Shown here: piece by piece, positions 13,101-26,680 of the stretch
How positions within the stretch are numbered: the first letter of the stretch is position 1
Layout: every line of letters begins with the position of its first letter
Assembly (NCBI GenBank): GCA_051313645.2
Contig: JBNRSN020000031.1
Coordinates: 2,480,001-2,544,000, forward strand
Origin: Centroscyllium fabricii
Taxonomy: Eukaryota
Length of the DNA stretch: 64,000 bases
Direction of reading: 5' to 3'
Notes under the pieces: generated by a model
Told to the model about the DNA's origin: nothing
What the model saw: the letters and a program-made list of their open reading frames with translations, nothing else
The model's database searches: none
Made by a program: the position numbers and the translations under genes

Positions 13101-14340
13101 GGCCAATGATAATTCAGCATGTGATTACGTGAATATAGTATTAGTCCTTACAGATGCCTGCAGGCCAATGATAACCCAGCATTTGATTACGTGAATACAA
13201 TAGTAGTCCTTACAGATGACTGTGGGCCAATGATAACTCAGCATGTGATTGCGTGAATATAATAGGTAGTCCTTACAGATGCCTGCGGGCCAATGATAAC
13301 TCAGCATGTGATTACGTGAATACAATAGTAGTCCTTAGAGATGCCTGTGGGCCAATGATAACTCAGCATTTGATTACGTGAATACAATAGTAGTCCTTAC
13401 AGATGCCTGTGGGCCAATGATAACTCAGCAAGTGATTACGTGAATATAATAGTAGTCCATACAGATGCCTGCGGGCCAATGATAACTCAGCATGTGATTA
13501 CGTGAATACAATAGTAGTCCTTACAGATGCCTGTGGGCCAATGATAACTCAGCATTTGATTACGTGAATACAATAGTAGTCCTTACAGATGCCTGTGGGC
13601 CAATGATAACTCAGCATGTGATTAGGTGAATATAATACGTAGTCCTTACAGATGCCTGTGGGCCAATGAAAACTCAGCATGTGATTACGTGAATATAATA
13701 GGTAGTCCTTACAGATGCCTGTGGGCCAATGATAACTCAGCATGTGATTGCGTGAATATAATAGTAGTCCTTACAGATGCCTGCAGGCCAATGATAACTC
13801 AGCATTTGATTACGTGAATACATTAGTAGTCCTTACAGATGCCTGTGGGCCAATGATAACTCAGCATGCGATTGCGTGAATATAATAGGTAGTCCTTACA
13901 GATGCCTGCGGGCCAATGATAACTCAGCATGTGGTTAATTGAATACAATAGTAGTCCTTAAAGATGCCAGTGGGCCAATGATAACTCAGCATGTGATTAC
14001 GTCCATATTATAGGTAGTCCTTACAGATGCCTGTGGGTCAATGATAACTCAGCAGGGGATTACGTGCATATTATAGGTAGTCCTTACAGATGCCTGTGGT
14101 CCAATGAAAACTCAGCATGTGATTACATGAATATAATAGGTAGTCCTTACAGATGCCTGTGGGCCAATGATAACTCAGCATGTGATTACGTAAATATAAT
14201 AGGTAGTTCTTACAGATGCCTGTGGGCCAATGATAACTCAGCATGTGAATACGTGAATATAATAGGTAGTCCTTTCAGATGCCTCTGGGCCAACGAAAAC
14301 TCAGGATTTGATTATGTGAATACAATAGTAGTCCTTACAG

Positions 14341-14691
14341 ATGCTGCCGGGAATGGGAGGAAGGTCATACGAGGAGAGGTTGAGGGAGCTGGGACTCTTC
14401 TCCCTGGAACGGAGAAGGAAGAGGGGGGACTTGATAGAGATGTTTAAAATGATGAAGGGGATCGATAGAGTAAACGTGCAAAGACTGTTTCCCCGGGCGG
14501 GAAGAACGTCAACAAGAGGACACGAGCACAGGATTCATGGAGGAAGATTCAGAAGGGATGGCAGGGGCAGGTTCTTTACACAGAGAGTGGTCGGGGAATG
14601 GAATAGGCTACCATCTGAAATAGTGGATGCGGACAGTCTGGGTGCTTTTAAAAGGATGATAGACAGGTACATGGAGGGGAAGGAACAGTAG
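14341..14691 (+). pseudogene. CR1 ORF2 C-terminal fragment, copy 2
   Basis: 116-aa ORF in the track, one residue different from copy 1. Confidence 0.9.
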
Positions 14692-14785
14692 GGGGTAAAG
14701 GAAAAATCAGAGATGGACTAAGGGCGGCACTACATTGAGGGCCCAAGGGCCTGTACAGTGCTGTATGTTCTATGTTCTATGTTCT
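14345..14785 (+). mobile_element. CR1 family A fragment, copy 2 (duplicate of 9717-10157)
   Basis: Same 5' and 3' junctions as copy 1, offset 4628. I see two differences: A9910>T14538 (Q>H) and G10068>T14696. Confidence 0.95.
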
Positions 14786-16489
14786 ATAACTCAGCATGTG
14801 ATTGCGTGAATATAATAGGTAGTCCTTACAGATGCCTGTGGGACAATGATAACACATCATGTGATTAGGTGAATATAATAGGTAGTCCTTACAGATGCCT
14901 GTGGGCCAATGATAACTCAGCATGGGATTACGTGAATATAATAGGTAGTCCATACAGATGCCTGCAAGCCAATGATAACTCAGCATGTGATTATGTGAAT
15001 ATAATAGGCAGTCCTTACAAATGCCTGTGGGCCAATTATAACTCAGCATGTGAATACGTGAATATAATAGGTACTCCTTACAGATGCCTGTGGGCCAATG
15101 ATAACCGAGCATGTGATTACGTGAATATAATAGGTAGTCCTTACAGATGCATGTGGGCCAATGATAACTCAACATGTGATTACGTGAATATAATAGGTAA
15201 TCCTTACAGATGCCTTTGGTCCAATGATTACTCAGCAGGTGATTACGTGCATATTATAGGTAGTCCTTACGGATGCCTGTGGCCCGATGAAAACTATGCA
15301 TGTGATTACGTGAATATAATAGGTAGTCCTTACAGATGTCTGTGGGCCAATGATAACTCAGCATGTGAATACGTGAATATAATAGGTAGACCTTTCAGAT
15401 GCCTGTGGGCCAATGATAACTCAGCATGTGATTATGTGAATACAATTGTAGTCCTTACAGATGCCTGCGGGCCAATGATAACTCAGCATGTGATTACGTA
15501 AATATAATAAGTAGTCCTTACAGATGCCTGTGGGCAATGATAATTCAGCATGTGATTCCGTGAATATAATAGGTAGTCCTTACAGATGCCTGAGGGTCAA
15601 TGATAACTCAGCAGGTGATTACGTGCATATTATAGGTAGTCCTTACAGATGCCTGTGGTCCAATGAAAACTCAGCATGTGATTACATGAATATAATAGGT
15701 AGTCCTTACAGATGCCTGTGGGCCAATGATAACTCAGCATGTGATTACTTAAATATAATAGGTATTTCTTACAGATGCCTGTGGGCCAATGATAACTCAG
15801 CATGTGAATACGTGAATATAGTAGGTAGTCCTTTCTGATGCCTGTGGGCCATTGATAACTCAGCATGTGATTATGTGAATACAATAGTAGTCCTTGCAGA
15901 TGCCTGCGGGCCAATGATAACTCAGCATGTGATTACGTGAATATAATAGGTAGTCCTTACAGATGCCTGTGGGCAATGATAATTCAGCATGTGATTACGT
16001 GAATATAATAGGCAGTCCTTACAAATGCCTCTGGGCCAATTATAACTCAGCATGTGAATACGTGAATATAATAGGTACTCCTTACAGATGCCTGTGGGCC
16101 AATGATAACCGAGCATGTGATTACGTGAATATAATAGGTAGTCCTTACAGATGCATGTGGGCCAATGATAACTCAACATGTGATTACGTGAATATAATAG
16201 GTAATCCTTACAGATGCCTTTGGTCCAATGATTACTCAGCAGGTGATTACGTGCATATTATAGGTAGTCCTTACGGATGCCTGTGGCCCGATGAAAACTA
16301 TGCATGTGATTACGTGAATATAATAGGTAGTCCTTACAGATGTCTGTGGGCCAATGATAACTCAGCATGTGAATACGTGAATATAATAGGTAGACCTTTC
16401 AGATGCCTGCGGGCCAATGATAACTCAGCATGTGATTACGTGAATATAATAGATAGTCCTTACAGATGCCTATGGGCCAATGATAACTC

Positions 16490-17185
16490 AGCATGTGATT
16501 ACGTGAATATAATAGGTAGTCCTTACAGATGCCTGCGGGCCAATGATAACTCAGCATGTGATTACGTGAATATAATAGGTAGTCCATACAGATGCCTGTG
16601 GTCCAATGAAAACACAGCATGTGATCATATGAATATAATTGGTAGTCCTTACAGATGCCTGCGGGCCAATGATAACTCAGCATGTGATTAGGTGAATATA
16701 ATACGTAGTCCTTACAGATGCCTGTGGGCCAATGATAACTCAGCATGTGATTACGTGAATATAATAGTAGTCCTTACAGATGCCTGCAGGCCAATGATAA
16801 CTCAGCATGTGATTACATGAATATAATAGGTAGTCCTTACAGATGCCTGCGGGCCAATGATAACACAGCATGTGATTACGTGAATATAATAGGTAGTCCT
16901 TACAGATGCCTGCGGGCCAATGATAACTCAGCATGTGATTACGTGAATATAATAGGTAGTCCATACAGATGCTTGTGGTCCAATGAAAACACAGCATGTG
17001 ATCATATGAATATAATTGGTAGTCCTTACAGATGCCTGCGGGCCAATGATAACTCAGCATGTGATTAGGTGAATATAATACGTAGTCCTTACAGATGCCT
17101 GTGGGCCAATGATAACTCAGCATGTGATTACGTGAATATAATAGTAGTCCTTACAGATGCCTGCAGGCCAATGATAACTCAGCAT
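16490..17185 (+). repeat. 377-bp (6-monomer) local tandem duplication, also copied at +6825
   Basis: Rare AAAACACAGCATGTGATCATATG at ~16610 and ~16987. ORF ends 16691/17068 and 16746/17123. Confidence 0.8.
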
Positions 17186-20100
17186 TTGATTACGTGAATA
17201 CATTAGTAGAACTTACAGATGCCTGTGGGCCAATGATAACTCAGCATGTGATTGCGTGAATATAATAGGTAGTCCTTACAGATGCCTGCGGGCCAATGAT
17301 AACTCAGCATGTGGTTAAGTGAATACAATAGTAGTCCTTAAAGATGCCAGTGGGCCAATGATAACTCAGCATGTGATTACGTCCATATTATAGGTAGTCC
17401 TTACAGATGCCTGTGGCCCGATGAAAACTATGCATGTGATTACGTGAATATAATAGGTAGTCCTTACAGATGTCTGTGGGCCAATGATAACTCAGCATGT
17501 GAATACGTGAATATAATAGGTAGACCTTTCAGATGCCTGTGGGCCAATGATAACTCAGCAGGTGATTATGTGAATACAATTGTAGTCCTTACAGATGCCT
17601 GCGGGCCAATGATAACTCAGCATGTGATTACGTAAATATAATAGGTAGTCCTTACAGATGCCTGTGGGCCAATGATAACTCAGCATGTGATTACGTAAAT
17701 ATAGTAGGTAGCTCTTACAGATGCCTGTGGGTCAATGATAACTCAGCTTGTGATTAGGTGAATATAATACGTAGTCCTTACAGATGCCTGTGGGCCATTG
17801 AAAACTCAGCATGTGATTACGTGAATATAATAGGTAGTCCTTAAAGATGCCTGTGGGCCAATGATAACTCAGCATGTGATTACGTGAATATAAGAGTAGT
17901 CCTTACAGATGATTGCAGGCCAATGATAACTCAGCAAGTGATTACGTGAATATAATAGTAGTCCTTACAGATGCCTGTGGGCCAATGATAACACAGCATG
18001 TGATCACATGAATATAATTGGTAGTCCTTACAGATGCCTGCGGGCCAATGATAACTCAGCATGTGATTAGGTGAATATAATACGTAGTCCTTACAGATGC
18101 CTGTGGGCCAATGAAAACTCAGCATGTGATTACGTGAATATAATAGGTAGTCCTTACAGATGCCTGTTGGCCAATGATAACTCAGCATGTGATTACGTGA
18201 ATATAATAGTAGTCCTTACAGATGCCTGCAGGCCAATGATAACTCAGCATTTGATTACGTGAATTCATTAGTAGTCCTTACAGATGCCTGTGGGCCAATG
18301 ATAACTCAGCATGTGATTGCGTGAATATAATAGGTAGTCCTTACAGATGCCTGCGGGCCAATGATAACTCAGCATGTGGTTAAGTGAATACAATAGTAGT
18401 CCTTAAAGATGCCAGTGGGCCAATGATAACTCAGCATGTGATTACGTCCATATTATAGGTAGTCCTTACAGATGCTGTGGGTCAATGATAACTCAGCAGG
18501 TGATTACGAGCATATTATAGGTAGTCCTTACTGATGCCTGTGGTCCAATGAAAACTCAGCATGTGATTACGTGAATATAATAGGTAGTCCTTACAGATGC
18601 CTGTGGGCCAATGATAACTCAGCATGTGATTATGTAAATATAATAGGTAGTTCTTACAGATGCCTGTGGGCCAATGATATCTCAGCATGTGAATACGTGA
18701 ATATAATAGGTAGTCCTTTGAGATGCCTGTGGGCCAATGATAACTCAGCATGTGATTATGTGAATACAATAGTAGTCCTTACAGATGCCTGCGGGCCAAT
18801 GATAACTCAGCATGTGATTACGTGAATATAATAGGTAGTCCTTACAGATGCCTGTGGGCAATGATAATTCAGCATGTGATTACATGAATATAATAGGTAG
18901 TCCTTACAGATGCCTGTGGGCCAATGATAACTCAGCATGTGATTACATGAATATAATAGGTAGTCCTTACAGATGCCTGTGGGCCAATGATAACTCAGCA
19001 TGGGATTACGTGAATATAATAGGTAGTCCATACAGATGCCTGCAAGCCAATGATAAATCAGCATGTGATTATGTGAATATAATAGGCAGTCCTTACAAAT
19101 GCCTGTGGGCCAATGATAACCCAGCATGTGATTACGTGAATATAATAGGTAGTCATTCCAGATGCCTATGGGTCAATGATAACTCAGCATGTGATTACGT
19201 AAATATAATAGGTAGTCCTTACAGATGCCTGTGCGCCAATGATAACTCAGCATGTGATTACGTGAATACAAAAGTAGTCCTTACACATGCCTTTGGTCCA
19301 ATGATAATTCAGCATGTGATTACGTGAATATAATAGGTAGTCCTTCCAGATGCCTGTTGGCCAATGATATCTCAGCATGTGATTACGTGAATATAATAGG
19401 TAGTCCTTACAGATGCCTTTGGTCCAATGATAATTCAGCATGTGATTACATGAATATAATAGGTAGTCCTTACAGATGCCTGTGTGCCAATGATAACGCA
19501 GCATGTGATTACGTGAATATAATAGGTAGTCCTTCCAGATGCCTGTGGGCCAATGATAACTCAGCATGTGAATACGAGAAAATAATAGGTAGTCCTTACA
19601 GATGCCTGTGGGCCAATGATAACTGACCATGTGATTACGTGAATATAATAGGTAGTCCTTACAGATGCCTGTGGGCCAATGATAACTCAACATGTGATTA
19701 CGTGAATATAATAGGTAGTCCTTACAGATGCCTTTGGTCCAATGATAACTCAGCAGGTGATTACGTGCATATTATAAGTAGTCCTTACGGATGCCTGTGG
19801 TCCAATGAAAACTATGCATGTGATTACGTGAATATAATACGTAGTCCTTACAGATGCCTGTGGGCCAATGAAAACACAGCATGTGATTACATGAATATAA
19901 TAGGTAGTCCTTACAGATGCCTGTGGGCCAATGATAATTCAGCATGTGATTACGTGAATATAGTATTAGTCCTTACAGATGCCTGCAGGCCAATGATAAC
20001 CCAGCATTTGATTACGTGAATACAATAGTAGTCCTTACAGATGACTGTGGGCCAATGATAACTCAGCATGTGATTGCGTGAATATAATAGGTAGTCCTTA

Positions 20101-21165
20101 CAGATGCCTGCGGGCCAATGATAACTCAGCATGTGATTACGTGAATACAATAGTAGTCCTTAGAGATGCCTGTGGGCCAATGATAACTCAGCATTTGATT
20201 ACGTGAATACAATAGTAGTCCTTACAGATGCCTGTGGGCCAATGATAACTCAGCAAGTGATTACGTGAATATAATAGTAGTCCATACAGATGCCTGCGGG
20301 CCAATGATAACTCAGCATGTGATTACGTGAATACAATAGTAGTCCTTACAGATGCCTGTGGGCCAATGATAACTCAGCATTTGATTACGTGAATACAATA
20401 GTAGTCCTTACAGATGCCTGTGGGCCAATGATAACTCAGCATGTGATTAGGTGAATATAATACGTAGTCCTTACAGATGCCTGTGGGCCAATGAAAACTC
20501 AGCATGTGATTACGTGAATATAATAGGTAGTCCTTACAGATGCCTGTGGGCCAATGATAACTCAGCATGTGATTGCGTGAATATAATAGTAGTCCTTACA
20601 GATGCCTGCAGGCCAATGATAACTCAGCATTTGATTACGTGAATACATTAGTAGTCCTTACAGATGCCTGTGGGCCAATGATAACTCAGCATGCGATTGC
20701 GTGAATATAATAGGTAGTCCTTACAGATGCCTGCGGGCCAATGATAACTCAGCATGTGGTTAATTGAATACAATAGTAGTCCTTAAAGATGCCAGTGGGC
20801 CAATGATAACTCAGCATGTGATTACGTCCATATTATAGGTAGTCCTTACAGATGCCTGTGGGTCAATGATAACTCAGCAGGGGATTACGTGCATATTATA
20901 GGTAGTCCTTACAGATGCCTGTGGTCCAATGAAAACTCAGCATGTGATTACATGAATATAATAGGTAGTCCTTACAGATGCCTGTGGGCCAATGATAACT
21001 CAGCATGTGATTACGTAAATATAATAGGTAGTTCTTACAGATGCCTGTGGGCCAATGATAACTCAGCATGTGAATACGTGAATATAATAGGTAGTCCTTT
21101 CAGATGCCTCTGGGCCAACGAAAACTCAGGATTTGATTATGTGAATACAATAGTAGTCCTTACAG

Positions 21166-21516
21166 ATGCTGCCGGGAATGGGAGGAAGGTCATACGAGGA
21201 GAGGTTGAGGGAGCTGGGACTCTTCTCCCTGGAACGGAGAAGGAAGAGGGGGGACTTGATAGAGATGTTTAAAATGATGAAGGGGATCGATAGAGTAAAC
21301 GTGCAAAGACTGTTTCCCCGGGCGGGAAGAACGTCAACAAGAGGACACGAGCACAGGATTCATGGAGGAAGATTCAGAAGGGATGGCAGGGGCAGGTTCT
21401 TTACACAGAGAGTGGTCGGGGAATGGAATAGGCTACCATCTGAAATAGTGGATGCGGACAGTCTGGGTGCTTTTAAAAGGATGATAGACAGGTACATGGA
21501 GGGGAAGGAACAGTAG
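21166..21516 (+). pseudogene. CR1 ORF2 C-terminal fragment, copy 3
   Basis: Translation identical to 14341..14691. Confidence 0.9.
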
Positions 21517-21610
21517 GGGGTAAAGGAAAAATCAGAGATGGACTAAGGGCGGCACTACATTGAGGGCCCAAGGGCCTGTACAGTGCTGTATGTTCTATGT
21601 TCTATGTTCT
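21170..21610 (+). mobile_element. CR1 family A fragment, copy 3 (duplicate of copy 2)
   Basis: Offset 6825 from copy 2. It carries both copy-2 alleles and identical junctions. Confidence 0.95.
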
Positions 21611-24600
21611 ATAACTCAGCATGTGATTGCGTGAATATAATAGGTAGTCCTTACAGATGCCTGTGGGACAATGATAACACATCATGTGATTAGGTGAATA
21701 TAATAGGTAGTCCTTACAGATGCCTGTGGGCCAATGATAACTCAGCATGGGATTACGTGAATATAATAGGTAGTCCATACAGATGCCTGCAAGCCAATGA
21801 TAACTCAGCATGTGATTATGTGAATATAATAGGCAGTCCTTACAAATGCCTGTGGGCCAATTATAACTCAGCATGTGAATACGTGAATATAATAGGTACT
21901 CCTTACAGATGCCTGTGGGCCAATGATAACCGAGCATGTGATTACGTGAATATAATAGGTAGTCCTTACAGATGCATGTGGGCCAATGATAACTCAACAT
22001 GTGATTACGTGAATATAATAGGTAATCCTTACAGATGCCTTTGGTCCAATGATTACTCAGCAGGTGATTACGTGCATATTATAGGTAGTCCTTACGGATG
22101 CCTGTGGCCCGATGAAAACTATGCATGTGATTACGTGAATATAATAGGTAGTCCTTACAGATGTCTGTGGGCCAATGATAACTCAGCATGTGAATACGTG
22201 AATATAATAGGTAGACCTTTCAGATGCCTGTGGGCCAATGATAACTCAGCATGTGATTATGTGAATACAATTGTAGTCCTTACAGATGCCTGCGGGCCAA
22301 TGATAACTCAGCATGTGATTACGTAAATATAATAAGTAGTCCTTACAGATGCCTGTGGGCAATGATAATTCAGCATGTGATTCCGTGAATATAATAGGTA
22401 GTCCTTACAGATGCCTGAGGGTCAATGATAACTCAGCAGGTGATTACGTGCATATTATAGGTAGTCCTTACAGATGCCTGTGGTCCAATGAAAACTCAGC
22501 ATGTGATTACATGAATATAATAGGTAGTCCTTACAGATGCCTGTGGGCCAATGATAACTCAGCATGTGATTACTTAAATATAATAGGTATTTCTTACAGA
22601 TGCCTGTGGGCCAATGATAACTCAGCATGTGAATACGTGAATATAGTAGGTAGTCCTTTCTGATGCCTGTGGGCCATTGATAACTCAGCATGTGATTATG
22701 TGAATACAATAGTAGTCCTTGCAGATGCCTGCGGGCCAATGATAACTCAGCATGTGATTACGTGAATATAATAGGTAGTCCTTACAGATGCCTGTGGGCA
22801 ATGATAATTCAGCATGTGATTACGTGAATATAATAGGCAGTCCTTACAAATGCCTCTGGGCCAATTATAACTCAGCATGTGAATACGTGAATATAATAGG
22901 TACTCCTTACAGATGCCTGTGGGCCAATGATAACCGAGCATGTGATTACGTGAATATAATAGGTAGTCCTTACAGATGCATGTGGGCCAATGATAACTCA
23001 ACATGTGATTACGTGAATATAATAGGTAATCCTTACAGATGCCTTTGGTCCAATGATTACTCAGCAGGTGATTACGTGCATATTATAGGTAGTCCTTACG
23101 GATGCCTGTGGCCCGATGAAAACTATGCATGTGATTACGTGAATATAATAGGTAGTCCTTACAGATGTCTGTGGGCCAATGATAACTCAGCATGTGAATA
23201 CGTGAATATAATAGGTAGACCTTTCAGATGCCTGCGGGCCAATGATAACTCAGCATGTGATTACGTGAATATAATAGATAGTCCTTACAGATGCCTATGG
23301 GCCAATGATAACTCAGCATGTGATTACGTGAATATAATAGGTAGTCCTTACAGATGCCTGCGGGCCAATGATAACTCAGCATGTGATTACGTGAATATAA
23401 TAGGTAGTCCATACAGATGCCTGTGGTCCAATGAAAACACAGCATGTGATCATATGAATATAATTGGTAGTCCTTACAGATGCCTGCGGGCCAATGATAA
23501 CTCAGCATGTGATTAGGTGAATATAATACGTAGTCCTTACAGATGCCTGTGGGCCAATGATAACTCAGCATGTGATTACGTGAATATAATAGTAGTCCTT
23601 ACAGATGCCTGCAGGCCAATGATAACTCAGCATGTGATTACATGAATATAATAGGTAGTCCTTACAGATGCCTGCGGGCCAATGATAACACAGCATGTGA
23701 TTACGTGAATATAATAGGTAGTCCTTACAGATGCCTGCGGGCCAATGATAACTCAGCATGTGATTACGTGAATATAATAGGTAGTCCATACAGATGCTTG
23801 TGGTCCAATGAAAACACAGCATGTGATCATATGAATATAATTGGTAGTCCTTACAGATGCCTGCGGGCCAATGATAACTCAGCATGTGATTAGGTGAATA
23901 TAATACGTAGTCCTTACAGATGCCTGTGGGCCAATGATAACTCAGCATGTGATTACGTGAATATAATAGTAGTCCTTACAGATGCCTGCAGGCCAATGAT
24001 AACTCAGCATTTGATTACGTGAATACATTAGTAGAACTTACAGATGCCTGTGGGCCAATGATAACTCAGCATGTGATTGCGTGAATATAATAGGTAGTCC
24101 TTACAGATGCCTGCGGGCCAATGATAACTCAGCATGTGGTTAAGTGAATACAATAGTAGTCCTTAAAGATGCCAGTGGGCCAATGATAACTCAGCATGTG
24201 ATTACGTCCATATTATAGGTAGTCCTTACAGATGCCTGTGGGTCAATGATAACTCAGCAGGTGATTACGTGCATATTATAGGTAGTCCTTACAGATGCCT
24301 GTGGTCCAATGAAAACTCAGCATGTGATTACGTGAATATAATAGGTAGTCCTTACAGATGCCTGTGGGCCAATGTTAACTCAGCATGTGATTACGTAAAT
24401 ATAATAGGTAGTTCTTACAGATGCCTGTGGGCCAATGATAACTCAGCATGTGAATACGTGAATATAAAATGTAATCCATTCAGATGCCTGTGGGCCAATG
24501 ATAACTCAGCATGTGATTATGTGAATACAATAGTAGTCCTTACAGATGCCTGCGGGCCAATGATAACTCAGCATGTGATTACGTGAATATAATAGGTAGT

Positions 24601-25919
24601 CCTTACAGATGCCTGTGGGCAATGATAACTCAGCATGTGATTATGTGAATATAATAGGCAGTCCTTACAAATGCCTGTGGGCCAATGATAACCCAGCATG
24701 TGATTACGTGAATATAATAGGTAGTCATTCCAGATGCCTGTGGGTCAATGATAACTCAGCATGTGATTACGTAAATATAATAGGTAGTCCTTACAGATGC
24801 CTGTGGGCCAATGATAACTCAGCATGTGATTACGTGAATACAATAGTAGTCCTTACAGATGCCTTTGGTCCAATGATAATTCAGCATGTGATTACGTGAA
24901 TATAATAGGTAGTCCTTCCAGATGCCTGTGGGCCAATGATAACTCAGCAGGTGATTACGTGAATATAATAGGTAGTCCTTACAGGTGCCTTTGGTCCAAT
25001 GATAATTCAGCATGTGATTACGTGAATATAATAGGTAGTCCTTACAGATGCCTGTGGGCCAATGATAACGCAGCATGTGATTACGTGAATATAATAGGTA
25101 GTCCTTCCAGATGCCTGTGGGCCAATGATAACTCAGCATGTGATTACGTGAATATAATAGGTAATCCTTACAGATGCCTGTGGGCCAATGATAACGCAGC
25201 ATGTGATTACGTGAACATAATAGGTAGTCCTTACAGATGCCTGTGGGCCAATGATAACTCAGCATGTGATTACGTGAATATAATAGGTAGTCCTTACAGA
25301 TGCCTGTGGGCCAATGATAACGCAGCATGTGATTACCTGAATATAATAGGTAGTGCTTACAGATGCCTGTGGGCCAATTATAACTCAGCATGTGAATACG
25401 TGAATATAATAGGTAGTCCTTACAGATGCCTGTGGGCCAATGATAACCGAGCATGTGATTACGTGAATATAATAGGTAGTCCTTACAGATGCCTGTGGAC
25501 CAAGGATAACTCAACATGTGATTATGTGAATATAATAGGTAGTCCTTACTGATGCCTTTGGTCCAATGATAACTCAGCAGGTGATTACGTGCATATTATA
25601 GGTAGTCCTTACGGATGCCTGTGGTCCAATGAAAACTATGCATGTGATTACGTGAATATAATAGGTAGTCCTTACAGATGCCTGTGGGCCAATGATAACT
25701 CAGCATGTGATTACGTGAATATAATAGTAGCCCTTACAGATGCCTGCAGGCCAATGATAACTCAGCATTTGATTACGTGAATACAATAGTAGTCCTTACA
25801 GATGACTGTGGGCCAATGATAACTCAGCATGTGATTGCGTGAATATAATAGGTAGTCCGTACAGATGCCTGCGGGCCAATGATAACTCAGCATGTGATTA
25901 CGTGAATACAATAGTAGTC

Positions 25920-26680
25920 CTTACAGATGCCTGTGGGCCAATGATAACTCAGCATTTGATTACGTGAATACAATAGTAGTCCTTACAGATGCCTGTGGGC
26001 CAATGATAACTCAGCAAGTGATTACGTGAATATAAAAGTAGTCATTACAGATGCCTGCGGGCCAATGATAACTCAGCATGTGATTACGTGAATACAATAG
26101 TAGTCCTTACAGATGCCTGTGGGCCAATGATAACTCAGCATTTGATTACGTGAATACAATAGTAGTCCTTACAGATGCCTGTGGGCCAATGATAACTCAG
26201 CATGTGATTAGGTGAATATAATACGTAGTCCTTACAGATGCCTGTGGGCCAATGAAAACTCAGCATGTGATTACGTGAATATAACAGGTAGTCCTTACAG
26301 ATGCCTGTGGGCCAATGATAACTCAGCATTTGATTACGTGAATACAATAGTAGTCCTTACAGATGCCTGTGGGCCAATGATAACTCAGCAAGTGAATACG
26401 TGAATATAAAAGTAGTCCTTACAGATGCCTGCGGGCCAATGATAACTCAGCATGTGATTACGTGAATACAATAGTAGTCCTTACAGATGCCTGTGGGCCA
26501 ATGATAACTCAGCATTTGATTACGTGAATACAATAGTAGTCCTTACAGATGCCTGTGGGCCAATGATAACTCAGCATGTGATTAGGTGAATATAATACGT
26601 AGTCCTTACAGATGCCTGTGGGCCAATGAAATCTCAGCATGTGATTACGTGAATATAATAGGTAGTCCTTACAGATGCCT
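25920..26680 (+). repeat. 374-bp (6-monomer) local tandem duplication
   Basis: ORF pairs 26135/26509 and 26212/26586, and a shared rare ATATAAAAGTAG variant at ~26031 and ~26405. Confidence 0.8.

Larger units (their letters stand above)
6090..15500 (+). repeat. Older ~4.6-5.0-kb duplication (~6090-10810 / ~11095-15500) carrying CR1 copies 1 and 2
   Basis: ORF-pair offsets 5005 (6101/11106), 5004 (6978/11982), 4628 (8497/13125, 9436/14064) and 4691 (10810/15501). The shifts are near multiples of 63, i.e. later monomer gain and loss. Confidence 0.85.
10581..24241 (+). repeat. Apparently perfect 6825-bp tandem duplication (10581-17405 / 17406-24230), each unit ~102 monomers plus one CR1 fragment
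   Basis: Every ORF from 11106 to 17123 has an identical translation 6825 bp downstream. Private variants are shared (e.g. C deletion at ~11650/~18475). Identity starts after G10580 vs A17405 and ends at C17417 vs G24242. Confidence 0.93.

Noticed and set aside
9717-21610. Three independent site-specific insertions of a satellite-targeting retrotransposon
   Set aside because: Identical 5' truncation point, tail length and collinear flanks show one insertion copied by array duplication.
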